A DNA stretch of 63,502 nucleotides, counting the filler, from Atractiella rhizophila (taxonomy: Eukaryota), in NCBI GenBank assembly GCA_021432655.1. It is 3 parts of 3 records of this genome, joined end to end, with 100 filler letters (N's around TTAATTAATTAA, not from the genome) between each part and the next. Parts side by side here need not be neighbours in the genome. Positions count along the whole stretch, not along the records: positions 25,065 to 49,907 come from MU271783.1; 2 more parts are not named here. One strand, given 5' to 3'. This document shows, piece by piece, positions 36,532 through 50,007 of the stretch. How positions within the stretch are numbered: the first letter of the stretch is position 1; each line of letters opens with the position of its first letter. Position numbers and translations under genes: made by a program. The notes beneath the pieces were generated by a model. That model ran no database searches and was not told the DNA's origin. It saw only the letters and a list, made by a program, of their open reading frames with translations.

Positions 36532-39257
36532 TCACCGGAGACTAGACCTCCTCCCTCGACTACTACTAGTGCTCCTGCTCTTTTCGGCCCTCGGCGTTCT
36601 CTCTCCCTCTATCACACCGGAACTCTTCAATCCCACCAATCTCAGAGCCTTTTCAGCTCCTCGACTCAATGACCTTTCCGCCATACTAACAACATTTCCC
36701 ATCGCTTCCCTACCCAGCCTGCCCTGTCGCGAAGAAGATCTTTCCCTCCGAACCTTGGGAGAGCTCGAGGATCTGTCTCTTCCAACTTGTGGCGAACGAC
36801 TCCTTGAAGCGCTCCGGCTGCGACGGTTACGGAAGGTATCGACGGGAGAAGGAGAGATGTCCTGGTCCAGGTCAGAATCCATCTCATCGTCTGAAAACTC
36901 GACGTTCGTATTCTTCTCAATGTAATCTTTCCTGCTCTTTCTTTGTTTCTCCATCGCACCACGCATCCATTCGCTTCCCGAGACCCGAACGATATCCCAC
37001 CTCCTCGATGGATCTGTGTCTAAGAGACCTCTCAGCATCTCCTCAGCCAACCTCTTCTCCCTATCCTCCTCCGAAGAAACGCCAAAGAACGATATCATCT
37101 TCTTCCCCGGTCCCGTGCCCGCCTGAAGCGAAGAAGGGAGTTCCCAGTCACCTTTGAGGATTTTCATCTTCAACCGGGGCTCGAACGGGTCCTCGAAAGG
37201 CAATCGACCCTCAATGAGAGCATAAAGGACGCATCCGAGCGCCCACATGTCGACGGAGAAGTCGATGAGAGGAATCCGGCTGCGAACTTGTTCGGGTGGA
37301 GAGTAAGCGAGGGATCCTGGAAGGGCGTCATCTCCTATCGTGCGCTCCGACCGCGATTTCACACCAGTACTATCAGTAGCGCCGACTCCGTGACCCCCTC
37401 CCCAATCCCTCCTTCTCGTCCAACTCCCACCATAGCTAACGACTTCCGCTAAGCCAAAATCTGCAATCCGAAAGCGGCCGTTCTCGTCCATCAAGATATT
37501 CTCAAGTTTTATATCCTTATGGACCACCTTTTCCTCCAGATGGAGATATCGCAGCCCATCCACCACTTGTGCAAAGATGTGCTTGACGTGGCGCAAATCT
37601 AAACCGTGTCCATTCGCCTGTCCTCGCTCCCACGTTCCTCCCTCTTTCCTCCGGTCAGGTAACGGTTGAACAGGCATGGTGGATGAATGGGAGAGCGCTA
37701 GACCTGTGGATCGAGAGGCTAGAGAGCGGCCTCGTCGTCCCAACTCGTTGATGTAATGGAGGAGATTGCCACCCTTGCAGAGAGGCATGAAGATATAAGT
37801 CGCTTCGGGACTAGAGTGAAGATGGAGGAGGGGAACAATATGAGGATGGTCAAGTTTAGACCAGATTTTGATTTCGCGTTCGAGGAATCGGCGAATCTTC
37901 TCAGCATGCTCGTGCTCTCTCTTCGGAGTCGCATCCGTGCTTGCAATACCATGCAGGGAGGAAGAGAGATTGACGACCAAAGGTTTTCCCTCTGGTATAG
38001 CACTAGGAAGCAAGCCGGGACTGGAGCAACTTCGATCTCTTCCATACCCTCCTGACCCAACAGAAAGACCTCTGAAAACTTTCTGCAGCCTCCTATCTAT
38101 GATTACCGGTGTAGGAGGGTCAACTTTCACTCCGACGGATTCAAGACCACCACTCCCTCCAAGCCCATCTAGCCCCATACCGTCCTCATGCCTAACAATC
38201 TTCACGGCAACGACTTCATCGTCCTTTTTTCCCTCCTTGACGATGCTGAACCCTCCCCAGCCTATGGTTTTGCCAAGCACGTAACCATCCACCTTCTCTC
38301 CCTCTCCATCGGCCGATTGTGTCGAGTACGTCGACTCTGCCATCCCAGCAAGGAACTGTACAGCGGGGTGTCCACGGGATCTGGCCGTAACTAGATGAGG
38401 AGATGCTAGTCGACGACGACGTAATACTCATTGTTGATGCAGTCGGCGAAAGAACGTGATACGGCTTTCGGGCACCACTCCGACTTGTTGAGTGAGATGG
38501 GTTGACCAATCGTTGGGAATTTGAGAAGCCTCCTTGATGAAGGATCCCCGACGGTGGAGCGGAGTGAATATGTGGAGAAGGATATGAGAGCGGCGACGGG
38601 GATCGATGCCTTGTCGGGAGACATAGGTAGCGGGGCGGCTGCAGAAGACCAAGGGGGGAACATCCGAATCCCCCGTTATTGGAGACTCGTACAATGCATC
38701 GTCACCTTTAGTACTCGGCGAGCTGGCCGACGTTGGGACGGCGAGATGAAGACTACCCGGACGGTGCGGGCGAGTGGGCGATTGAAAGCGAGCCGGGGAC
38801 TAGGAGGCATTAGATTAGTACGTCTCAAATGTTGCTAGGAGCTAGCGTAATAAGACCGGACGAACTGGTGTCCCGGTTGTTCAAGCAATTAACAGGTCGT
38901 GGATGAATCACTAGAATCACTCCTCGCCTCCCAGTTCAAACCAGCAGCGGACGTGCGACTTACCTGAGACCTTTCGTCCCTCTCCTCCTCTCTGATATTC
39001 CTAAAGACGTCATTCCTAAAGGTATCCCTTTCTTTGATTGCGCTCCCAAACGTCCCTGGAAGAGATGTGGAGGCGCCAAAGCTCCCCGTACTCGCCTTCG
39101 TTCGTATACTACTACTTCTGCGTGGCCGCAGTGAGAGACCGCGCGGATCGTAGAGTAAGGAGACTTCTTCTCCACCTGGAGAGGCAGAACGGTCGGATGG
39201 CGACGCTTCGAAACTACTTTTGCTGGATGGGGATAAGAAGGCAGAGGAGGAAGCCAT
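36532..39257 (-). CDS. Ser/Thr protein kinase, CAMK group (Nnk1/Prr1-like?), with an RS-rich tail; the N-terminal region is frameshifted as assembled
   Basis: IGWGGFSIVK, VAVKIV, REIKIW, HKDIKLENIL, ADFGLA, GSLAYSPPE, DMWALGCVLY, LPFED. First exon MASSSAF..ERSQ|GTAAGT starts at 39257. Confidence 0.88.
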
Positions 39258-39707
39258 TCCTGTGAAGCTGTGGCAATGGATCTCAATTGAGCAAAAACTC
39301 CAATGACCTAAGGAAGACACGTACCTCGATATCCCCACCCAAAATGTTATGGACGCCTTATATCGTTGTTTCAACGGAAATTTGAGCCTTTCCCTTTGTT
39401 ACGAGGTGTCGACAAAGTGATCGAGAATGTTGGTCGTCTGACTCGTTCCCCGTGAGAGACAGTGAACTGCTACTTTTCGCCTACATAGCTTCACCTATGA
39501 GTCCTTGCCATTCTAGTTAACAAGAAACTCACGGATGACACAGTTACTCAGCGACACGGCCCACTCACACCACGTTCGCTCCTGCCACTTCGACGTTTGG
39601 AAATGTTGACGAGTTCCCTAGTCCTGCCTTTAGTTTGCATTAAAACGCGACCATTTGCGCGTGACACGTCATAGTACGCACCTTAGCCAAGAGCAAGTGT
39701 TGAGAAA

Positions 39708-40200
39708 TTATTGTAAATTGGACAGATATTTGGATGGATAAGCTTGATTGGAGCAGTTCACCATTAAGGAATATTGAAGTACTGCATCTGTGGTGCCATC
39801 ACTTCGTGCGTGAGTTTTGATTTCAAGATCGTTCTGCAGTCGATCTTGTGCTATGCGTCCTTGAGTTAGCTCTGCTTCGAGTTTTGCAGTGTTATCCCAC
39901 ATCACAATGTGCTATCATTAGATGTCCAACTATTCGTAAAGTGTCATGCAAACGGACGGAATGCTGTCCATTCTTTCGATCAAGTTTTTGCCCAAATCTA
40001 ACATGCCTGATGACATCCTTGTCAGGTGTACTTGCAGCCCCTGAAATCGTCTGAAATAAGAAAATCTCGTGCCCAACTTGTTTCCTTTGAAATATGACAT
40101 GTTTGCCAAAGCGGTTGGAATGAAAGATGCAGGGTACTACTGTATGCCTCGACTCTTCTGCCTGCAGCGATGTTCGGAATCTGGAATCATTACACAACAC
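39708..40200 (-). CDS. Possible small spliced gene or gene relic with a short coiled coil
   Basis: ORFs 39892-40200 and 39708-39905 can be joined in frame by a GTCCGT..CTAAT..TAG intron. AKLEAELTQGRIAQDRLQNDLE is heptad-like. No family recognised. Confidence 0.25.
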
Positions 40201-41272
40201 GAATAAGAGACGCTATTTGTCCTGAAGACATCTCGCTTAAGAGTCGGAAGACGAAAGGTCGGCCGCTCTTCGAAATGTCAGCCTTGGCCTTGCCTGTGTT
40301 GAAAATACTCTACTAGGAGACGCGACATGAGGAGCTTTTATTCGCGTTGTGACTTGAAGAACGCAAGAGCAAGACACATGCGCATTGGGGTGATAAATCC
40401 GTTGCGATAACAAACTGCGATCGACTAGGAATGCTGCTTACCTGCGCCGTCCACCTAACGTTTCGTTGAGGCAGAAGCTCCCTTCACATTACTGCAGTTG
40501 TTCAATGCATACTTGCTTCAAGTTACTACATTGCTCGCCATGTCTCCGCCTGCCAGTGCCTTCTACGGACGGGACGTTAGATGGCAGTAGTGCTCTTCAG
40601 CTTCACCTGCGGTCTCCTCCACCTCATTGCCATTTCACCTCTGCCGACAGTAAACCTTGCAAGTTCGACTCATTTTTGCCGCCGAGACTTAAGGAGGGCA
40701 CACTGGCAACTCCCATCCCGAATTCAATTTATACACGGAGGAAGCTGGTCCACATCATGCGGACGCCGTCGCAATGCAAACCCTGGGCTGTTGGTTTGCA
40801 ATTTCGCAAACATTACCTCAAAATCCTATTGGTCAGCCTTTGCAGGTCAGCCCATTGGTGATCTGCACGGTCGCCACCCTGACCTATTGATATTCCATTG
40901 AAGTTATTTGGAGACTGACTACGCAGACAAGACGCAAAGGAGACGTTCATGAACAATCATGGTAATAACTTTAGATTCAGATTGATTCAGCTTTAGAGTG
41001 GACTTAGCAAACTCACCTGCTGCTTGACGCTTTACCCGAGGCCAGCTTACCAGCTGCTGGGTCCGTTTTCATCAGCCTGCACCACAGTCACCACACAACC
41101 TTTGGGATTGGCAAACCGGATGGAGGTGAGCCGGCGATCGAAAAAAAAAGGACCTAAGCCTCGTTTAACCTTGAGCTTAACTTTCCATGGTGTGGGAATA
41201 TTTCATCATTTCTTCTTGCTCAAAATGCCTTCTCTGCCTCTGCCTTAAACCGCCATCGCCATCCTGACCGTC

Positions 41273-42329
41273 ATGCAGCCTCATAACGAAGAATATGGAG
41301 ATTTGCCTCTCCAGAAAGACCTTACAGGGGCTGCTTTCTCTGAAGATTTGCTGGATCAGATTTTGGGGGCCTCATTAAACAGTGCAACGGGATTTGGTGA
41401 CGACAACCTGTCTGAAAATCTTCTCTCGAATCCATGGGATTTATCCGCCTTTTCTGGCATGATGGGTATGTCTCTTACCCCCTTCTGCCTCAGAAGACAT
41501 CGACACTGAACCCTTTTCCAAAGCCGACGCGTCACTTTTCCCTGACCCCTCCAAATCCAGCACTCCTTTGACCGGAAGCCCCAACAATAACTTGACCCCT
41601 TCCCCCCTTTTAACAGGGTCCCAACTCCATCCATCCATCATCTCACCTCATAATCAAGACGCATTTTTGATGTACCAAGCTCAACTGCTTTCTCGAACGT
41701 CAGGGCTACCTCCATCAACGGCCGCCATGGTTGGGGTGGGACCTACTATCTCTTCAGATATGCTTCACTTCATCTCTTTTCCTCAAGGATCGAGAAATGC
41801 CGATGGCGGTAAATCTCCATCCGAAGACTCGTCGTCAGATTACGCCGAAATGGAAGCACATACCAAACCGGCTCAAGTAAACATCTTCCTTTTCTTCCAG
41901 ACACTCTCCTGACGATTGCATGTTGGGACCAGAAAAATCGTCGAGCCTCTGCTCCGGCGGGCATGTTAGAAAAGATGAAGAAGGTACCTCTAAAGTACAC
42001 GGAGACGCGGGAAGAGCGACTGGAGAAGAATCGAATCTCGGCGTCGAAGTCGAGACAAAAGAAGAAAGCTTGGGTCGAAGGTCTCAATCGAAGTTCGTGC
42101 ACTGTCTCTCGTACCCATGAGGAGTAGTTGATAAATGTTCGGTGGAACAGAGGTCCAAGAGCTAAACGCTCAAAACGAGGGCCTCAGGCTCCTCATCGAA
42201 AATTTGAAGCAGGAGAAAACTCAGATTCAAACGGAGGCGATGGCGAGACGCGCAAGGAGAGCGACTTGTTCCAACTGCGATTTATCGACTTCTGGCACGA
42301 CTCCAGCCTCTTCTTCAGGTTCCGCATAA
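41273..42329 (+). CDS. bZIP transcription factor (ATF/CREB-like), multi-exon
   Basis: Basic region REERLEKNRISASKSRQKKKAWVEGL and zipper VQELNAQNEGLRLLIENLKQEKTQI. Confidence 0.9.
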
Positions 42330-43319
42330 AGTCAGCCTAACTTAAGGTCTTTATCGAGCTTCATTTATGTCGGCAGGCATATACAAGTGCCTTGGCTTCG
42401 TTTCGGTTTCTGCATTCCTCTGACTTACACAGAACTTCACGGTAGTCCCCTCATGCAGTCCCCCTCAACAAGACATTCAGATCGTTCAGAGTTGATGGAC
42501 TCTTCTTCGTCCATAAAAGTTGGTATTCATCTTCTCGATGTGAAGTACCTTTTCTTTCGTGTCTACAATGAGTAGTATTCTGGTTTAGCGTTATCTTGAG
42601 CAGCCTGCTCTTTCGAGTTATGTACTATACTCTCCCAGCTCAGTCGTGTCTCCAAATCAAACACGTCCTTAGACTCTTGATTCAAGGAGAGCAGAGCATG
42701 AGACGGACCACCGAGGGCGAGCAAGAACATGCGTCTAACGCGCCGATCAGCTCGAAGAAGTCGATTTCAGACTTCCGGGCTTGTAAGGTTACGGCAATCT
42801 CAATCCCAAAATGAGAACCGCTCCCTTTCGCGACGCTTGAAGGCTTCACGCTTGACGTCGGTTGAGCGGAATCGCTTCGACTTGTGTCATTCTTGCGATG
42901 TCGCAGCAGCAGCACGGCGCCCGGCCTTCTTTGCAGTGCCTGGCGCGACTGACCTTCACTTGGGGCGAGAAGAAGGAATGATTTTGAGCTCAGACCCCCG
43001 CTGTCAACTAACTTGCGAGACTCACTCTGTTCCTACTAGTTGTATTCTACTAATCAAATTTTCTACTTGTTAACCCTCTGTAGACTAATGCAGTTAAGCC
43101 TAAGAAAGGTGCGAAATGTGTGAAAGTGTGAAGTGTGAAATGTGTTGAGAGTGCCACCGGGAATATTTCATATCGGCGAAGCCTTGATTAGGGAATCAGC
43201 GACGCAAACTCCCGAACCCCACCAGAACCAACCCAATCAAACGATTGGCCCTGCAGTCTTCGTTCTTATCGTGATAACACTTTAACTACTATACTCGGAC
43301 ACTCCCTCGAAGCAACAAC

Positions 43320-44759
43320 ATGGCTGCACAACCTCAGCCTCAATTTCGACCTCAGTCCACCCATCAAGAACCAGCATCCAGCACCACTTTCAGCACCCCA
43401 ACGACATCGCGAGACAATGTTGAGGAATCCTTAGTCATTTTTGCACCTACTATCTCTTCGCACCCTGTGGGTACATCACATCCTCGTACAGATATTTCTG
43501 GGTCTGCGAAGCAGTCTCCACCCGACCTCCAAGTTGGAGATGAAGATGGTACACCCACGCCTTCCGCGGGAGGCTCTACGCCCTCCGATTGGTCAGTCGT
43601 CCTCCCCGGTCCCTCTAATCCTCAAGCTCGAGGAAGAAACGCGCAATTGATGCTTGAGACCTCGCTTCCTCGGCACGATGGCACTGGGACCTTCAACGCT
43701 CAAGCGGAAGACCGAGAGCGTGACGAACCTCCGTCTCTCTATGCCAGCGCAATATCCATCTCTCCCTCCCTCACAGCCTCTTCAGTAGATTCAGGCTCCA
43801 ATCTGATCTCGAGCGCGCAACTGGAGAGTATAGAATCCGAGACTGGCGATGGATCTGAGAGCTGGGCGGGAGAGAGTGCGAGCTTGGACAGTGCGAGTGC
43901 GAGCGACCTCCCACCGTTGTTGTACCAGCAACGGAGACCGCGAGGCAGTCGTCACTCCTTCTCTTCAGCCCCAATAGGGACCAAGCAGAGCAGTCCGGAA
44001 GCTGGTGCTGGAGCGGCGCTTGGAGAAAGTTGGGCGATGGAAGAGTCGGGACTTGAGAGCGTGCATTCGCAGTCGGATGCATCGAGTCCGAGTCGACGGA
44101 TAGAGGTATCGGTGAGAGGAAAAGCAAAGAAGAAGAGTCGACGGCCATTGTATCGGAGAGCTTCGATCACCTCCTCCTCTCAAGCTCACAGTCATGCGCA
44201 TGCGTACTCGAGGGGACGCGCACACTCCCATCCACGCTCGCGACTCTCGAGCGTCAGCTCGAACCTGCCTCTGATCGAACGAGTCGTCAACCTCATTTTT
44301 TCGCTCGAGCGCGAAACTCTAGAGTTGATCGAACAGGAAATTCAGAGACCGTACTCCTCCTACGCATTCAAAAGACCGTATCCCTCCCCTTCTCCGCTCT
44401 CGTTTTCCTCCGAAGGAGAGAAACATGGTTTCATGCGCGTGGCGAAAGAGAGTCGGATCGAGTTGGGAAACAACGAAGCCTGGAGGAGGGAAGAGTATGG
44501 ATCCGATACCGAAGTGGAGTCGCTCCTTGGTTCGTTGACGAAGAAGAAGGACGGATCGAGGACGCCTAGAGTGATGGTTACACCTGTGATTGAGCGGATT
44601 GAGAGTGCGAAAGTGGAAGAAAAGCTGGAGGAACCGGAGAATGGTGGGCTGAGGAAGAACCGGTCGACTCAGTTTGGAGTGGGCGATATGGTCTCGAGAG
44701 TGGTGGGGAGGTGGAGTGAAGGATGGAATGAAGCCGATTTTGGAGCTAGCCGGAGCTAG
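43320..44759 (+). CDS. Hypothetical Ser-rich, largely disordered protein (479 aa, single exon)
   Basis: Long ORF with a small helical island LPLIERVVNLIFSLERETLELI. No family recognised. Confidence 0.75.
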   Translation: MAAQPQPQFRPQSTHQEPASSTTFSTPTTSRDNVEESLVIFAPTISSHPVGTSHPRTDISGSAKQSPPDLQVGDEDGTPTPSAGGSTPSDWSVVLPGPSNPQARGRNAQLMLETSLPRHDGTGTFNAQAEDRERDEPPSLYASAISISPSLTASSVDSGSNLISSAQLESIESETGDGSESWAGESASLDSASASDLPPLLYQQRRPRGSRHSFSSAPIGTKQSSPEAGAGAALGESWAMEESGLESVHSQSDASSPSRRIEVSVRGKAKKKSRRPLYRRASITSSSQAHSHAHAYSRGRAHSHPRSRLSSVSSNLPLIERVVNLIFSLERETLELIEQEIQRPYSSYAFKRPYPSPSPLSFSSEGEKHGFMRVAKESRIELGNNEAWRREEYGSDTEVESLLGSLTKKKDGSRTPRVMVTPVIERIESAKVEEKLEEPENGGLRKNRSTQFGVGDMVSRVVGRWSEGWNEADFGASRS

Positions 44760-45013
44760 ATGGTTTATGGGTTGTGCTGGTGAGTTTTGTTCATGCTCCT
44801 TTCCTCCTTTTAGTGAGAAGTTGCTGACGGGAAGTAGTTGTAGTTCATGGGACATTTCCGTTTGGCATTGAGAAATATCTGCTGTTTCCTTATGATGTAT
44901 GCATTACTTACTCCTCTTGGTCCCTGTCATCTGCGTTCATGTTCGACACAAACAATACCTTAGCTGTTTTCAGGAATGTGCAAATATATGTAACACTTCG
45001 CCCCTCCATTTTC

Positions 45014-45708
45014 TCAATCATCTTGATCCGAAGAGCCCTTTGACCTCTCTACCCAATCCAGCCAACTACCCTCGTAGTTTCTCACGCTGACGGTCCAAAA
45101 ATGTCAGCACTTGATGGGAGTTTATATGGAAAGAAAAGGCTCACTTCTTCCATCCCTTGGCCTTCATTTCCTGCAAGGCGGTCTCGCTCCTTTTTCCACT
45201 TCTGCAGTTCACGATGATGCAGGCGTCCTTTCCAGGCTTGCGGAATCCAAACTTCTGCACAAACTGTCCTTCGTCCATTAACAAAGAGTCGGGAAAGCTG
45301 GACAGCGGTAGATTGACAGCGGAGGGGATGGCTCCTGCCGCCACTTCGTCCTGTTCTCGAACGTCTAAACCAACATCACGGTCAATGCGGCTTGCTCTGT
45401 AACGATGCGAGGAGAGGAGGGGGTGACGAACCGATGAGTAAGATGTCCTGTTGCGCCATCAGCTTCCAAAATGCGGTTTGAAGGAAGGAAGGAAAAGAGA
45501 AACGCACATCGTTTGGCTGGTCAGTGATGGGTTTGAGCTCGTCGAATGTGATGGGCCTGTTGAGCCTGAAAGAATCAGGTACCTGGCGTGCCAGAGCGCT
45601 TGAAAGCTGAAAAGCTCGAAGTTGCATGGAAGGGAGAGGCGCGAAACGCGGGGAGGGGAGGGAGACCCGGGAGGAAAGGAGCACTGGACGTAGGGCAGAG
45701 CGGAACAT
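45014..45708 (-). CDS. Single-domain rhodanese/thiosulfate sulfurtransferase (Rdl1/Rdl2-like), probably mitochondrial
   Basis: DVREQDEVAAGAIPSAVNLPL, active-site loop CRSGKRS, VRNYEGSWLDW. Arg/Ser-rich presequence MFRSALRPVLLSSR. Confidence 0.92.
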
Positions 45709-46579
45709 GATGCGCGTTTATTGTCTGAGTTATGCAGCGTTATGCCTGGTTATGCAGGTGAACTTCGTCGAAGACAATCATTGCAGGAGCGGAAGAAGGT
45801 GCCAAATCAGGAAATTCCCGTTTACTTAGAGTTCGCGCCTTTTTTTGGTGCAAACTTTCTCTTGTTCTCTCACCGATCTCCATCATTCAACACTTCGGAT
45901 TCTCCACCACAAGAGAGCGGCCTTTTCTTTCATAAAGCCCCCATACGTTGCAAGCTCTGCGAACCGCCGCGCCTACCCCGAGAATCTTTTTTCCAACTGC
46001 CAAAGGGACAACGTGACGGACAGCAACAGGGGAGTGGCCTTGGTTTGGCCGAACGCGAAGCAAGTATAAAGTGAGATAGCTTGGAAAGGTTGGTGGGCCT
46101 CTTCTAAAACTTTTTGAACTGCAGAGAAGTATAGGTATGTGGTTTCATCATGGCACTTCGTCTGGTCGCTGCGCGGTGTGTATGAAGACTGTTTATATTC
46201 AGAAGCTGTTGAAAACAACAGGCCAAGTTGTCCATCGGTGACCTTTGAACCATTTAGGAAACTTGATGAGCTCTATTGAATCAGTGCTGAACGCGGTACT
46301 ATGAGTCGCGGAACTTCTGTTATTGAGCAGAAACACAAGAAGTGATGTAATTTGTGAGAGTGTGCATCATTGCTTTTATAAACGCAAACGATGCTACACT
46401 CACGATGTGTGAGTGAAGCTGAGCTGGACGCTGCTTCAACGAATGAGCCAGCTGATGGCGTTTTGGATGGTATCTAGTTGCCACTTTAGCTTCTTTCCAT
46501 CCTGCTTCAATGTAGAGAATGCAGGCAATAAAAGGCTCACAATGTTTCATAGTGTCCCACTCTCCCTAATTACGCGACA

Positions 46580-49123
46580 ATGTCCTCAAACTCAAATGCT
46601 CGAAGCGCATCCCCTTCTCCTTCGCCGTCCAACGTGCCTTCAACTGCACCATTAGTCTCTTCTCCCGAACCAGGCACTTCACATTTAGCCTCTCCTCCTT
46701 CAGCACCACAACAAATCCGCTCCGACACTCTTCCGCCTCCAGCACCTTCGCGCTTTCGTTCTTCATCCACCCTCAATCCAGCCACGGCTCGCGGACGCAG
46801 CACACGCTCTTCTTCCATTCTGACCAACCCGAACGCACCCGTACCCGTCGTCTATCCTTCTTCGAGCAATAACTTGCCTCCCATTCAGAGGAAGTCGTCC
46901 ATTCGAGTGAAGCGGTCGACGTCGGCTGCGCCACGGGTCGGGATCGCGGGGAATGCTTTTAAAAGTGGAACTGGGGGAAGTCCAGCAGGTGGAGCCTCTG
47001 CCGTCGGGACGCAGAAGAGCAAGGGGTCGTTCAGGACTGGGAACCTTGAAGTGATTGAAGACGAGTCGCCGAAGTTGGAACCGAATGCTCTGGCTTCGGC
47101 AGACAGGAGGAGGAGCGAAAGTGCCCCGCATCCGCCCATCAATACACTTGCTCCTCCTACTTCTGGCGGTGAATTCACAGGGAGACGGAGGGGAGGTTCG
47201 ATCGCTCAACGCTTGAGGGATGATTTCGACTATTCCTCGTCAGCTGTCCTCCCCTCTTCTTCCAGTAAGTCCCGACCAGCAATTCCGTTCGATAAGGAGG
47301 AACTACTTGGCAGGACGAGGAGCGGAAGTCGAGCTACTGAGGACGGAGTCGATCCTTTGGAAAGGGAGTCGAGTGTGAGGATCAGATTTAGGGAGAAGGA
47401 CGCAGAGGAGAGGCTGAGGAGCGGAAGCATTGGAGTGAGGAGCAGTAGACTTGGGTCTATTTCTGGAAGGAGGAGAGCTATCTCTGCACCGCTTGGACCA
47501 GAGCAAAGGGGTGGAGGTAGTAAGATCAAACAGGGGTTGTTTCCGAACCTCGATCATATGGAAATCGAGGATGAGAATGATGAACATCACCTTGGTATGC
47601 CCACTTTCTGCCAACGTTTCGTTCAATGACACCGAACTTTGATACCTGATAGATCACGAAGTCGATCTCCTCGAAGTTGTTGACCCAACTGTCGGTGCAG
47701 TCGCACATATGACAAATATCCAAAACTCCATCTTCGCGCCTCCCATCCCCTTCCTCCGTCGTCCACCAGTCGTGGAGCTTGACCTCCCATCCCCCACCGC
47801 TTCCGAAGAGGACTTACGGTTAGAAGAGGGAAGGACGGGCCTAACAGAAGAAGACGAAGAGATCGACTTGTTGGATCGACACGTGGAGAAGGAGATGACG
47901 AGGAAGGATCAGGTCAGGAAGATCCTCAAAGGCGTATGGGCCTTCATGAAGACTCCTCTCGGCATCTTCTTCACCATTTATGGCATCTTAGTCGTCTTCT
48001 GGGGTGCTGGTCTTGTCCTCATACTTATCGGAGCGTTCGATCTCGGCGCGTACCAGAAAAAGCTTTGGTTTGCCTTTTAAATTCCGACCGTGGTATTTCG
48101 CTGACTTGAACCTGAAGGGTTGAGATTGCCTCCCAAATCTTGAATGGATTGTTTACCATTACAGGTGTTGGGTTGATACCCTGGCGACTAATTGATACCT
48201 ATCGTTCGTCCTCATCCTTATGTACTCCGTTAGAGAGCTGGTCAACAGAGAGGTAGATATTTGGATCATCTCCAGATACGCTCGCAAAACCCGCCATCGA
48301 CGAAAACGGAAACACCTCCCAAAACTTCATGACATCAACGACATACCAATGGCTGCAGGCTACACTGATTGCGACAATCCTCAAGAAGGCGCCAAACACA
48401 ATCAGGACAAAGCAGGCACCGATCATAGTTCGGAGGAGGAGAAGAATGTTAAGCATGATCCAGCGGAAGAACTCGAACGCGCCAGAGAAGAGTTGCGTCA
48501 GAAAGAAGCGGCTGTTGGACCGGAAGGGGAGGCCGAAGCAGCGGGACATCCATTTGAGCACGAAGATACCGTGTTGAGCGAAGAGGAGGAGATTAAACTT
48601 CGACATGCTCAGGGCAGTAAAGCTCCGGGTTAGATGTGATGCACCGCTGACGAAATGAGGGTAGGTAAAATTCATGAAGTCACAGACTTGGTATATCCCT
48701 CACGAGTCGGCAACCCATTTCGCATTTCCTATCTCTTGGGCTTTAGCAATTTGCCTTCTCAACGATGGCAACTCGTTCTTTCAGTGTCTCCTTTGCGTTG
48801 CAATGTGGGGTTGGAAGTGAGGCTATCCTTACCAATCTCTTCCTTCCATGTCTGACCACTTCCTTAGTCGATACACCCGCCCACCATGGACAACTGGATG
48901 CTTGATACCTCTATCGTTTCTCTGCGGCATCATTGCAGGAGTGTTGATTTGGAAAGGAGGAGAGAGGACGAAGAAGACGAAGGAAGTGAAGGCTGCCGTG
49001 ACGGAGATTTTGGAAAAGGATCGGGCGGAAAGAAAGAAAAGGCTTGGATTTAAGATTCCCAAACCTCATCTACCTTCGCATCTCCCTTTCTCCCATCACG
49101 AAGCTAAAACGGATGCACCGTAA
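46580..49123 (+). CDS. Integral membrane protein, DUF2985-like, with a long disordered N-terminus, multi-exon
   Basis: WAFMKTPLGIFFTIYGILVVFWGA, WVEIASQILNGLFTITGVGLIPWRLIDTY, LNDGNSFFQCLLC, RPPWTTGCLIPLSFLCGI..GGERTKK. Confidence 0.8.
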
Positions 49124-49787
49124 TGGACTTGTGTTGGAGTATTCGTGTTATTGTTATTTTTTGACTCCACCAGAAATATGAGTAACTCTACCCAGTCATG
49201 GACATGCCTCAAGTATCCCGGATACTCTTTTCCGTGCGCAGCGATCTAACCGTTCGACCAAGTTGCTAGCACCAGAAAACCCAAATATGTATTGGTTTCT
49301 TCATGAAATGCGCCACGATAGTTGCGGCTCTTCAACTTGAAAGGGTCCCAATTCTAAAATTTAAACCCAACGGTCCCCGGTAACCTCCCCAAAATGGGCC
49401 CTCCCAAGCTGCGTTTCCTCTTTCAACGCGAGTTCTCCTTGCCCTTCTGTCAGTGAAACGTAAGAGTTGTATGGACTTACAACGGCGCCTCGCCTGCAGA
49501 CGATGTCGGAAACGGCACCTGCGTTGCCAGCAATCCTCGAGAAATCTGAAGTGCGAAGCTTGTATTGCGGCGGGCGTGCAGTGGGATATCTCCCTGTTCT
49601 CATTTATCATCTAACAGTAGATTGGAGCAGCTGCGAACCAGATTCTCACCGCTCTGACCTCCCCAATCAAGGGTCTAAACTCTGCCTTTGTTTACTATTC
49701 ATAACTAACTTGAGGAAATAGCGTAAATCTTTCTAGACTCAAAGCCGAATACTCAAGCTCTTCCGATCTCCTTAGAGATATTCGGTT

Positions 49788-49907
49788 TCAACGAAAGGTC
49801 CCCAAAGCCTTTCTCGCTCCTATCAAGAAACGTGCCGCACTCTCAGGGGATGTTTTCACCATTCTACAAAATGCCCTTTCCATATCCTTCAACGCAGGAC
49901 CTTCCTC
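49788..49907 (-). CDS. 3' end of an unidentified gene cut by the linker
   Basis: Open frame EEGPALKDMERAFCRMVKTSPESAARFLIGARKALGTFR-TGA from the gap edge. Confidence 0.3.
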   Translation of the reverse strand, partial: EEGPALKDMERAFCRMVKTSPESAARFLIGARKALGTFR

Positions 49908-50007
49908 NNNNNNNNNNNNNNNNNNNNNNNNNNNNNNNNNNNNNNNNNNNNTTAATTAATTAANNNNNNNNNNNNNNNNNNNNNNNNNNNNNNNNNNNNN
50001 NNNNNNN
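49908..50007. other. Artificial 100-nt scaffold linker (44N + TTAATTAATTAA + 44N)
   Basis: Same construct as 24965-25064. Confidence 0.97.

Noticed and set aside
43116..43145. Short GTGTGAAA-like repeats upstream of the 479-aa ORF
   Set aside because: Only about 3 degenerate units. They are not telomeric and there is no evidence of function.
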